Source of the DNA: Gemmatimonadaceae bacterium
GTDB taxonomy: Bacteria; Gemmatimonadota; Gemmatimonadetes; Gemmatimonadales; Gemmatimonadaceae
Length of the DNA stretch: 40,296 bases
Assembly (NCBI GenBank): GCA_040902005.1
Contig: JBBDYA010000023.1
Location: 2,140-42,435 of the forward strand
Direction of reading: 5' to 3'
In this document: positions 1 through 8,468 of the stretch, piece after piece
Layout of the letters: each line of letters starts with the position of its first letter
Numbering within the stretch: position 1 is the first letter of the stretch
Translations under genes and position numbers: made by a program
The notes under the pieces: generated by a model
Told to the model about the DNA's origin: nothing
What the model saw: only the letters and a program-made list of their open reading frames with translations
Databases searched by the model: none

Positions 1-109
1 CCTCCACCTGCGACAGCTGCACCAGGCGCGCCCCCCCCCCCCCCCCCCGCCCCCCCGGCGCCCCCCCCCCCCCCCCCCCGGCCCCCGCCCCCACCCCCGG
101 GGGGGGGGG
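1..109. other. Low-complexity poly-C/poly-G window end, probably unreliable sequence
   Basis: Long C and G homopolymer runs; coherent coding sequence resumes at about 111. Confidence 0.7.
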
Positions 110-110
110 A

Positions 111-791
111 TCCGGCAATTCCGGCTTCCTGCTGAGCAATTTCTTCAGCCAGCAGGAAACGTCGCACGTGCTGGCCTACCTCGACGGCGTGCCGAGTGGC
201 GCCTCGTCGTTGACGTCCATCCCCGCAACGCATCTCGCCGCGGGCGATTATCACGACATCGCCGCCGTCCTCTACGACGACCAGGGAAACGCGCGGGGTG
301 CGGAGCGCTTCTTCCGCGCGCCCGGCCCGCAGTCGTTGGTGCTGGCCGGGAGCATCACCCAGCCGTCCATAACGACCATCAGCGCCACGCCCTATCGCCG
401 CCTGCGCGCCACCAAGACGCGCGAGGTGGGGTATGGCGGCGCCGTCAGCATGGAGTACTGGCAGATATCCCAGTTCGCCGAGAACACGGTCGTCGTGACC
501 GTCACCCGCAACTACGACGAAGGCGGGGGCAACTGGCAGGCAGACATCCCCGATTTCACGGGCATTACGGGGTGGCAGAACTCCTGGGGGCTCCAGAGCG
601 GGGGCGGCGAGATCGGCTGGACGCTGACCATGATCGGCGGGCGCGCCGAAGTGCTGTTCGGCGCGGCGCCCGAGGATGGCGAGGGGCTGCCCTTTGCGAC
701 GGTGTCGCTGAGCGTGGCCGCGGCGGACCTGTATCGCGCGGGCCGCTCCCCTACCGAACTGCTGCCACGACGCGTCTTGCGAGGGCGATGA
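111..791 (+). CDS. 5'-truncated hypothetical protein, paralog of the lipoprotein at 2894-4237 (C-terminal half)
   Basis: Frame is open upstream of the GTG at 168 (SGNSGFLLSNFFSQQETSHVLAY...). Aligns by eye to 2894-4237: IPATHLAAGDYHD vs IPSGLTQSGDLHD; TPYRRLRAT vs SPHVRLRAT; VVVTVT vs VVVTVT; WQADIPD vs WDIAIPD; GLQSG vs GLQSG. Confidence 0.8.
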   Translation, partial: SGNSGFLLSNFFSQQETSHVLAYLDGVPSGASSLTSIPATHLAAGDYHDIAAVLYDDQGNARGAERFFRAPGPQSLVLAGSITQPSITTISATPYRRLRATKTREVGYGGAVSMEYWQISQFAENTVVVTVTRNYDEGGGNWQADIPDFTGITGWQNSWGLQSGGGEIGWTLTMIGGRAEVLFGAAPEDGEGLPFATVSLSVAAADLYRAGRSPTELLPRRVLRGR

Positions 792-2816
792 CGTCGTCGG
801 CTTCGGCGCGCCGTCCGCGCGCATCGAGGCCGACCGCCAGATCGGAGCCCACCCTGGCGTAATAGAGGGGGACGTCCGCCGACGCGCCGTCCACCCACCG
901 TCCTTCGCGGACCACCTGGTGCGCCCCTCGTACCGCTGCCACAGCTCCAGCGACCGCCTGAGATCCACGAACCCGGTCGCGAGTCGGATCGTGTCCGGCC
1001 CTTCACGCACCGGCTGCGATTCCAGCTTCTGAACGAGGCCCACCCGCGTGATGTACGCCTCGAGTCCGAGATTCTGCGCGTACGGTCCGAAGGAAAAGTA
1101 GATCCCGCGATCCGGAAACGAGTCCTTGATGGCGCGCAGCACGAGGAGCTGATCCCGCGTGAGATACCCGGCAGGGATCGTCGCGTCGATGGCACCGTGC
1201 ACGAACTGCACGCTGCTCGGCGTCTCGAGCACCGGCGGAATGGTGTCCAGCTCCTCGTTGGACAGCTTCCAGAGGTTGGCTCGCACGTTGAGCTGCCGCG
1301 GGTACCAATCGCTGTTGAGATACGGCACGAGTGTCACGGTGACGTCCCGGCGCACGCCCTCGACCTCCTGCGCGTACCACAGCGGAAAGCTGTCGTTGTC
1401 GCCGTTGGTGATCAAAACACCGTTCGGCTCCACGGAGTTGAGCATGTCGGCCGCCCACTTGCTGGTGAACGACTGGCCGGCGCGCGACGCGTCATGCCAG
1501 TTGGCGACCGCCGGCACGAGTACCACGGCGGCCAGCCCGGCGTAGGCAAAAACGCGCGCGCGTCTCCCGGTCGCGACGGCATGCCTGCCGAAGAGGAACG
1601 AGGCCAGCCCCAGGCCGGCGAGCAGTCCCCACAGCGAGAACGTCCACATGTAGAAGTAGTCCCGATCGCGCGGCTCGCGGTCCACGAGGTCTCCGAGCTC
1701 CGGGTTCTGCGCCCACGCATAGCGAAAGTTCAGGTAAAAGACGAGGGCCACCGTGAACGTGGCCGCCAGCGTGCCAAGGAACCAGAAGTGCGCCGAGTCA
1801 CCGCCCCGGGAGCGCTCGGCCTCCGGGCGGCGGCGCAGCGAGAACACCCCGACAACACCGAGCACCAGCATCAGTGCGGCAACCACGCTCTGCCACCGCG
1901 CCATCCGCCCGTCTGCGTCGCGCAGCCACTGCCACCGGAAGTAGGTCCAGAATTGCTGCATCTGCGGGATGAACGGCGCGCGGCGCACCATGACCGAATG
2001 CTCCGGATACTGCTTGCGCTGGATGGCGTCCCTGAGCCGGCGCCCGGTCTCTGCGCTGAGCGTGCATGACAGCCCGATCGTTCCGCTCTCACAGGCGCTG
2101 ACCGCGTTCTCGTTGATGAACGGCTGATGCGCCGCGCGGATGGGAAGCACGGCGAATGGGGTCACACCAAGCGCGAAGACCCCGGCAAAGGCGACGAGCA
2201 GCTTCCAGCGCAGCAGCGTGCCCGGGCTGCGCACCAGCACCGCGACCACCACCGCGGGCGCCACGAGCAGCCCGGCCGGATGCACCGTGTACGTGAGGCC
2301 GCTGAGATAGGCGACGAGCACGAGCAGCCGGTCCGCGCGATCGCGACGGGTCTCGTCCAGCCAGAGCAGCACGAGCCAGGACATGAGCGCGAGGGCCACC
2401 AGCGCGATCGGGTACACCTTTTCCATGACGACGCTCTGATTCCACACCGTGAACGCCGTCGCTCCCAGCAGCGCGGCCGTGACGGCAGCGGCGATGCGCG
2501 GCGCGCGGTCCCGGATCGATGTCCGCAGCAGGCGCTCGGCGCACAGGTACCAGAACCCCGCGGTGACCGCGCTGCACAGCGCAGCCAACAGGTTGATGCG
2601 CACGGCGTACTCGAACACCGGAGCCATCCCCGCGACGTGCGCCGTGAGAATGAACATCGGATTGCCGGGATGGTGCGGAATGCCCAGCGACTTCGCGGCC
2701 GCGATGTACTCGCCCGCGTCCCACATCGCCGCGGACGGGGACAGCGTCAGCACGTACAACAGGAAGACCGCGGCGCTCACGCCGCTCGGGGCCAGGAAAC
2801 GATCGCGTGTCATCAT
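751..2816 (-). CDS. DUF2723 / TMEM260-like integral-membrane glycosyltransferase, with a 1-nt frameshift at about 924-927
   Basis: Not in the ORF track. Manual translation from ATG 2816: MMTRDRFLAPSG...LYVLTLSPSAAMWDAGEYIAAAKSLGIPHHPGNPMF, later FYLNFRY...REPRDRDYFY, both hallmark DUF2723 motifs. The C-terminus continues in the frame of track ORF 751..942 (GAHQVVREGRWVDG...VAAVR*). Confidence 0.85.
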
Positions 2817-2893
2817 GGGTATCCAATCTATGGATATGCTCGCCTGCGGAAACTGTTCCGCATAGACTCCGACCGTCACGCACAGAGGTTGCC

Positions 2894-4237
2894 ATGCGCT
2901 CTCGATGGACTCCACGCGCCGTACTCCCGTTCCTGGCGCTCTCCCTCGGTTCCTGTTCGGACACCACGGGCCTCGAGGACCTGACGGCCGTCCTCCTGGA
3001 CTTCTGTGCGTCGGACGTGCCGGTCTCCCTCGCCGTCAACAACTTCGGCAGCAGCACGTGGACGAAAGTGAACCCGTCGGCGGACGGGACGTTCAGTTTC
3101 CAGGCGGCCGAGCAGGTGGGCATCGCCATCGTGCATCTGGACGGCGGCGACTACACCACGGAGTTCGTCTTTGCCACCACCGCGGAGCTTCAGCCGCTGA
3201 ACGGCGTTGCGTGTGCGGAGGAGGCCGGACCGAAGGTGCTGAATGGAACCGTGGCGGACGTCATCGCGGACGAGGCCGCGTGGATCTCGATGGCGCGTCG
3301 CACGACGGACGTGGTCGGTCCGCAAACGCCGTTCACGCTCGACAACCTGCCCGTGGGCCCGCTCGACCTCGTCGCGCACCGGGAGTTCTTCACGACGGAC
3401 GGCGCCACTCCGGATCGCGTCATCGTGCGACGCGCGCAGAACCTCGTGTCAGGGGCCACGATCACCCCGACGCTCGATTTCGGTGGCGGCGATTCCCAGG
3501 ACGTCCCCCTGCACAGCCTCACGGTGGCTGGACTGACGGCGGGTGAGGACAACTACGCGCTACTCGATTTTCGAACGGCCACGGGCACCATCCATCCGTT
3601 CTTCACCGCGTCGTCGTTTACGGCCGCGACGCAGGACTACCATGGGATCCCGTCGGGGCTGACTCAGAGCGGTGACCTGCATGACCTGGACGTGTTCGCG
3701 TACGCCCCGGACGGCAACAGCTATCGCGGCATTCGCCAGTTTCATCGGCTGCCAGGCAACCAGACGGCCTTGCTGGGCGCGGCGCTCACCGTGCCGGTGA
3801 TCAGCACTGCCGCCACGTCTCCGCACGTGCGGCTGCGCGCGACGCTCCAGGCGCAGGCCGTCTACGACGATTTCGTCAGCGTGTACTACATCCAGGGGAA
3901 CGCGGACCTGCGGGTGGTGGTGGTCACGGTCACGGCGGCGTACCTTGGCGCAATGCCACTGCAATGGGACATCGCCATACCCGACATGAGCAACGCGAGC
4001 GTGTTTCCGTCGGCCGCGGGGCTCCAGAGTGGATTCTCCACCACGTGGTACGTGGACGCGTTCGGCGGAAATGTCGCGACGTTCTTCGGCTATCCCACCG
4101 ACGGCGCGAGCTTCCAGTACGCAGGCCGTTCGTCAGCTGTCCTCACCAGCGAAATGGCCCGCGGGTCGGCGTCGCGTGGCGGGCGGCCGGAACTGCGGTC
4201 GCCATCCATGCGCCGTCGCGCGCTCGGAGGATCCTGA
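2894..4237 (+). CDS. Hypothetical surface lipoprotein (beta-rich, Ser/Thr-rich)
   Basis: ATG 2894 preceded by AGAGGT; signal peptide with lipobox LGS-C (MRSRWTPRAVLPFLALSLGSCSDTT); TAGACT -10-like hexamer upstream at 2863-2868. Confidence 0.8.
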   Translation: MRSRWTPRAVLPFLALSLGSCSDTTGLEDLTAVLLDFCASDVPVSLAVNNFGSSTWTKVNPSADGTFSFQAAEQVGIAIVHLDGGDYTTEFVFATTAELQPLNGVACAEEAGPKVLNGTVADVIADEAAWISMARRTTDVVGPQTPFTLDNLPVGPLDLVAHREFFTTDGATPDRVIVRRAQNLVSGATITPTLDFGGGDSQDVPLHSLTVAGLTAGEDNYALLDFRTATGTIHPFFTASSFTAATQDYHGIPSGLTQSGDLHDLDVFAYAPDGNSYRGIRQFHRLPGNQTALLGAALTVPVISTAATSPHVRLRATLQAQAVYDDFVSVYYIQGNADLRVVVVTVTAAYLGAMPLQWDIAIPDMSNASVFPSAAGLQSGFSTTWYVDAFGGNVATFFGYPTDGASFQYAGRSSAVLTSEMARGSASRGGRPELRSPSMRRRALGGS

Positions 4238-5625
4238 TGCGGGTCGTGCGCTGGCTTGCCGGCTTCGTGGCGGTGCCGGCAGTGCTCGGTGCGCAGATCG
4301 ACGTGGAGCCGCACCGCGCGGCCGCCGATAGTCTGATCGCGCTGGCGCTGGGCGACAGCGCGGCGTACGAGCGAACGGCGCGGCTCGTGGACGGATTCGG
4401 ACCTCGCCACAGTGGCACGCTCACCCTGGAACGGTCGCTGGACTGGATCGTGGACGAGATGAACCGCGACGGCCTCGAAAACGTCCGCAAGGAGCCGGTG
4501 ACCGTCACCGATTGGGTGCGCGGAACGGAATCGCTCGAGCTGATGACTCCCCGACGCCGTCCAATGCGCATGCTGGGGCTGGGCCGCAGCATCGGGACGC
4601 CCACGGCCGGGATTCGCGCCACGGTCCTCGTGGTGCGGAGCTTCGCGGAGTTACGCGCGCGTGCCGCGGAGGCCCGCGGCCGGATCGTGCTGTTCAACGT
4701 GCCATTCGATACCACGGTGCATCCGTTCGCGGGGTACGGGCGCACCGTGATCTATCGTGGCAACGGCGCGGACTCGGCGTCGGCGGTCGGCGCCGTGGCG
4801 ATGCTCGTCCGGTCGGTGACGCCGCACTCGCTCAACACGCCGCACACCGGGGCCATGTCGTATGACACGAGCGGCCGCCTGCGTCGCATCCCCGCGGCGG
4901 CGGTCACGGTGGAAGATGCCGAGATGCTGCAGCGCATGCAGGACGGCGGTGAGCGCGTTGAAGTGCGGCTTAGGATGAATGCCCGCACGCTGATTCCGTC
5001 GCGCTCGTACAACGTGGTCGGCGAAATCCGCGGATCGGAGCGCCCGGAGGAGATCGTCGTCATGGGCGGGCACATCGATTCCTGGGACGTGGGGCAGGGC
5101 GCCGTGGACGACGCCGGCGGATGCGTCGCCACCTGGGAAGCGCTGCGGCTCATCAAGCGACTGGGCATACGGCCAAAGCGCACGATTCGCGTCGTCCTGT
5201 GGACGAACGAGGAGATTGGGCTCGCGGGCGCCACGGCGTATCGCGACGCGCACCGCCCGGACATCGACAATCACGTGCTGGCGATGGAGTCGGACAACGG
5301 CGCGTTCCGTCCCCTCGCGCTCCAGGTCGGCGCCGGCGAGGGCGGGCTGGCGATGATGCAGAGCATCGCGTCGCTCCTCGGCGCCGCGGGCGTGGACAGC
5401 GCCCGCGTGGGCGGGCCGCAGGCTGACATCTCGCCGCTGTACGCCCTGGGCGTACCGGTGGCCAGCATCGCGACGGACCCGTCGAAGTACTTCTGGTACC
5501 ATCACTCGGACGCGGACACCATCGACAAGCTCGATCCGGTGGACCTGGCGCGGAACGTGGCGATCTTCGCGGTGGTGGCGTACACGGTGGCGAACATGGA
5601 CGGGACGCTGCCCCGTGTGCGTTAA
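4237..5625 (+). CDS. Secreted M28 metallopeptidase with PA domain (carboxypeptidase Q-like)
   Basis: ATG 4237 overlaps the upstream TGA; signal peptide; motifs GGHIDSWD, GAVDD, NEEIG, ESD, YHHSDAD. Confidence 0.9.
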   Translation: MRVVRWLAGFVAVPAVLGAQIDVEPHRAAADSLIALALGDSAAYERTARLVDGFGPRHSGTLTLERSLDWIVDEMNRDGLENVRKEPVTVTDWVRGTESLELMTPRRRPMRMLGLGRSIGTPTAGIRATVLVVRSFAELRARAAEARGRIVLFNVPFDTTVHPFAGYGRTVIYRGNGADSASAVGAVAMLVRSVTPHSLNTPHTGAMSYDTSGRLRRIPAAAVTVEDAEMLQRMQDGGERVEVRLRMNARTLIPSRSYNVVGEIRGSERPEEIVVMGGHIDSWDVGQGAVDDAGGCVATWEALRLIKRLGIRPKRTIRVVLWTNEEIGLAGATAYRDAHRPDIDNHVLAMESDNGAFRPLALQVGAGEGGLAMMQSIASLLGAAGVDSARVGGPQADISPLYALGVPVASIATDPSKYFWYHHSDADTIDKLDPVDLARNVAIFAVVAYTVANMDGTLPRVR

Positions 5626-5639
5626 GGGATGTGGGCCCG

Positions 5640-5674
5640 CTCCTGGTTCCTAGTTCCTAGCTCCTAGTTCCTAG
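5640..5674 (+). repeat. Five tandem copies of heptamer YTCCTRG
   Basis: ctcctgg ttcctag ttcctag ctcctag ttcctag, ending 1 nt before the ATG at 5676. Confidence 0.9.
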
Positions 5675-5675
5675 A

Positions 5676-6116
5676 ATGACCACCATCCGCGAATACCAGA
5701 TCCGCGCCCGTTCCACCGACACCCTCGGCCGCGTGCTGTGCAGCGCACGCGATCATCACTTCATCGTGGACGGTCCGGTGCAGAACGGCTGTCCGGGCGA
5801 GGAGGTCACTCCGCCCGAGCTGTTCCTCGCCGCCGTCGGATGCTGCGGCGTGGAGCTGGTGCAGGTCATCGCGCGCGATCAGGGCGCGAGCATCGGAGCG
5901 GTGAGTGTATCGGTGGAGGGAACCGTGGACCGCGGCAACCAGGCGCGGACCGACGTGACGGTCTTCAGCACGATGCGCATGCGCTTCACGCTGAGCGGCA
6001 CCGACGGCGCCACCGCCGCCTCTCTGGTAGAGGGATTCAAGCGGCGGTGACCCATCTATGGAACGATCGCGGTCGCGGTCGCCGATGTAGTTGTAGAAAT
6101 CGCCGAAGCGCGCTGA
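5676..6116 (+). CDS. OsmC/Ohr-family protein, probable selenoprotein (UGA 6048-6050 read as Sec125; 146 aa)
   Basis: OsmC motif TPPELFLAAVGCC. The track ORF stops at FKRR*, but the frame continues PIYGTIAVAVADVVVEIAEAR* to TGA 6114-6116, which places the UGA at the conserved C-terminal CP motif. A SECIS-like hairpin follows. Confidence 0.8.
6053..6087 (+). promoter_or_regulatory. Putative bacterial SECIS element
   Basis: Stem CGAUCGC (6064-6070) / GCGGUCG (6075-6081) with apical loop GGUC starting 21 nt after the UGA; extendable by GG/CC and CAUC/GAUG pairs. Confidence 0.7.
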
Positions 6117-6128
6117 CGTGAAAGTGGA

Positions 6129-6572
6129 CTACATGGTCGGGCTGACGTCCTCCGAGTAGAGCTTCCCGCCGATCGCCGCGGCAAGCAGGAGCGTCACGAG
6201 CATCGCCACGGAGACGATCGCGTACAGCCCCGCCGACATCATTCCCATATACAGCCAATCGAGGTAGAACAGGAACCCGCAGAGCCACACGACGAGGGCG
6301 GCGTACGCCGCCGTCTTCATTCCGGGGCCGAAGCGCGGGCGCATCGCGGCGTACAGCCACACCAGCAGGAGCCCGACCACGAACTGGGTGACGACACGTC
6401 CGGTCGTCGTACCGGGATCCATGCCGCGTCCCTGGAGCGATGGCGCGACTGCGACCATCTCCTCTTCCATGCGCTTGCCCAGGAGCATTCCCTGTACGAG
6501 AAACCCCGACACGTTCATCACCACACCCGCAACGAACCCACCCAGCGCGATCTTCGGCGTATTCATGGCCAT
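6129..6572 (-). CDS. Hypothetical four-helix membrane protein
   Basis: ATG 6572 preceded by AGAGGG (MAMNTPKIALGGFVAG...); four hydrophobic segments and YAAMRPRFGPG loop. The track start at 6884 overlaps the next gene. Confidence 0.75.
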   Translation of the reverse strand: MAMNTPKIALGGFVAGVVMNVSGFLVQGMLLGKRMEEEMVAVAPSLQGRGMDPGTTTGRVVTQFVVGLLLVWLYAAMRPRFGPGMKTAAYAALVVWLCGFLFYLDWLYMGMMSAGLYAIVSVAMLVTLLLAAAIGGKLYSEDVSPTM

Positions 6573-6693
6573 GCTGCCCTCTGACTTGGTCGGAAAAGGA
6601 AGGAAGGGACGGCGCTCCTCACCATGCAGCGCGTCAATAGTACGTCGTCGTGTCCGCTGCGCAACGCGGAATCGGGGGAGATAACTTCCGGGC

Positions 6694-8466
6694 ATGGCAC
6701 ACGACCAGCCGCACCTCGCCCAGCCGGATGTCAATCCGTCCTTCACGAAGGGAATCTTCCTCGGCCACTTGCACGAGGAGCTGATCCTTCCATTCCCCAC
6801 GCTCACGCCGGATGAGGCAGAGGCGCAGCGGATGATCGTGGACTCCTTCCGCTCGTGGGCCGCGGACGCGGTGGACCGCCGCAAGCACGATCATGACGGC
6901 AAGTTCGCCCCGGGCGTGCGCGAGGGAATGGCGGAGCTCGGACTCATGGGGCTGAACATCCCCGAGGTGTACGGCGGCTTTGGCGCCAGCTCCAAGGTGT
7001 TCAACCGGGTGTTCGGAGAGATCGGTGCCACCGACGGCGCGCTCGCCGTGTACTTCGGCGCGCACCAGTCCATCGGCTGCAAGGGGATCGTGCTGTTCGG
7101 CACGGAAGACCAGAAGCGGCGCTGGCTGCCGGGATGCGCCAGCGGCGAAACCGTGGCGGCATTCTGTCTCACCGAACCGGGGTCGGGCTCGGACGCCCAG
7201 GCGATGAAGGCGAACGCGGTGCTCAGCGCGGACCAGTCGCACTACGTGCTGAATGGCGAGAAGATCTGGATCTCCAACGCGGGATTCGCCGGCCTGTTCA
7301 CGGTGTTCGCGAAGGTCGCGGAGGGGGGGGGTGGGGGTGGGGGGGGAAAGAAGAAGGAGCGCGTGACGGCATTTCTCGTGGACGCGAAGGCCGCCGGCGT
7401 GCGCCTCGGCAAGCTCGAGGACAAGATGGGGATCAAGGCGAGCGACACGCGCGCCGTGTTCTTCGCCGACGTGAAGGTGCCGGTGGCGGACCGGCTGGGC
7501 GACGTGGGGCAGGGATTCAGGATCGCGCTCGAAGTGCTGAACTCCGGACGGCTGGGGCTCGCGTCAGCCGCGGCGCACGGCACGCGCGCCATCATGCGCG
7601 AGGCGCTGGCCTACGCGAAGCAACGGCAACAGTTCGGGCGCGCGATCGGGTCGTTCGAGATGATTCAGCGCAAGTTCGCGCTGTTCTCGGCGGAGTGCTA
7701 CGCGGCGGACGCGGGCTGGCTGGTGGCGTCGGACATGGTGGACCGCGGCGGCGTGGATTTCTCGCTGGAGACGGCGTGCTGCAAGATCTACGGCAGCGAG
7801 ATGGCGTTTCGCGCGGCGAACGAGGCGCTCCAGATCGCGGGGGGCATCGGCTACTCGAAGGAGTTTCCCTACGAGCAGGTCGTGCGCGATTCGCGCATCA
7901 ACCTGATTTTCGAGGGCACCAACGAGATCCTTCGCGCGCTCGTGGCGCTGATGGGACTGCAGGAGGCGGGAGAGAACCTCAAGGCGCTCGGGAAGGCGTT
8001 TCAGGACCCGCTGCACTCGCTCGGCGCCATTGGGTCGTACCTCGCGGGGCGCGCGAAGCGGCAGGTGACGAAGCCCAAGCTGGAACGCGTGCACGATGCG
8101 CTCAAGCGCGAGGCGGACATGGTGGAGGACGTCGTGCACGACCTCGGACTCGCGGTGGAGAACACTGTCATCCGGCACGGTAAGGGCGTCATCGAGAAGC
8201 AGTTCCTTCAGGAGCGCATGGCCAACACCGCGGTGGACGTGTTTCACGCGATGGCGGTGCTGAGCCGCGCGAGCGCCGCGCTGCATCAGGCGGGCGGGGA
8301 CGAAGCGCGAACGGCACTCGACATGGACTGTGCGAAGATCTTCGTGCCGATGGCGATGCGCCGCGCCCGACGGAGCGTGCGAGCCCTGGGGCGGAATCAG
8401 GACGCGCGGCTCAAGGCCATGGCAGAGCGGGCGTTGGAGTCGGGAGAGCTGGTGCCGGCGCCCTGA
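6694..8466 (+). CDS. Acyl-CoA dehydrogenase (VLCAD/ACAD9-like, extended C-terminus)
   Basis: Motifs AHQSIG, FCLTEPGSGSD, KIWISN, KMGIKAS, RQQFG, IFEGTNEI. Confidence 0.93.
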   Translation: MAHDQPHLAQPDVNPSFTKGIFLGHLHEELILPFPTLTPDEAEAQRMIVDSFRSWAADAVDRRKHDHDGKFAPGVREGMAELGLMGLNIPEVYGGFGASSKVFNRVFGEIGATDGALAVYFGAHQSIGCKGIVLFGTEDQKRRWLPGCASGETVAAFCLTEPGSGSDAQAMKANAVLSADQSHYVLNGEKIWISNAGFAGLFTVFAKVAEGGGGGGGGKKKERVTAFLVDAKAAGVRLGKLEDKMGIKASDTRAVFFADVKVPVADRLGDVGQGFRIALEVLNSGRLGLASAAAHGTRAIMREALAYAKQRQQFGRAIGSFEMIQRKFALFSAECYAADAGWLVASDMVDRGGVDFSLETACCKIYGSEMAFRAANEALQIAGGIGYSKEFPYEQVVRDSRINLIFEGTNEILRALVALMGLQEAGENLKALGKAFQDPLHSLGAIGSYLAGRAKRQVTKPKLERVHDALKREADMVEDVVHDLGLAVENTVIRHGKGVIEKQFLQERMANTAVDVFHAMAVLSRASAALHQAGGDEARTALDMDCAKIFVPMAMRRARRSVRALGRNQDARLKAMAERALESGELVPAP

Positions 8467-8468
8467 TC

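Noticed and set aside
1..109. Functional G-quadruplex or telomere-like end
   Set aside because: It lies at the window edge and interrupts a coding frame; most simply low-quality sequence.
1197..2984. Plus-strand ORFs 1197..2069 and 2127..2984
   Set aside because: Shadows of the real minus-strand DUF2723 gene.
5676..6050. OsmC gene as a complete 124-aa protein or a nonsense pseudogene
   Set aside because: The stop falls exactly on the conserved Cys, the downstream frame completes the fold, and a SECIS-like hairpin follows. Recoding fits better, though it is unproven.
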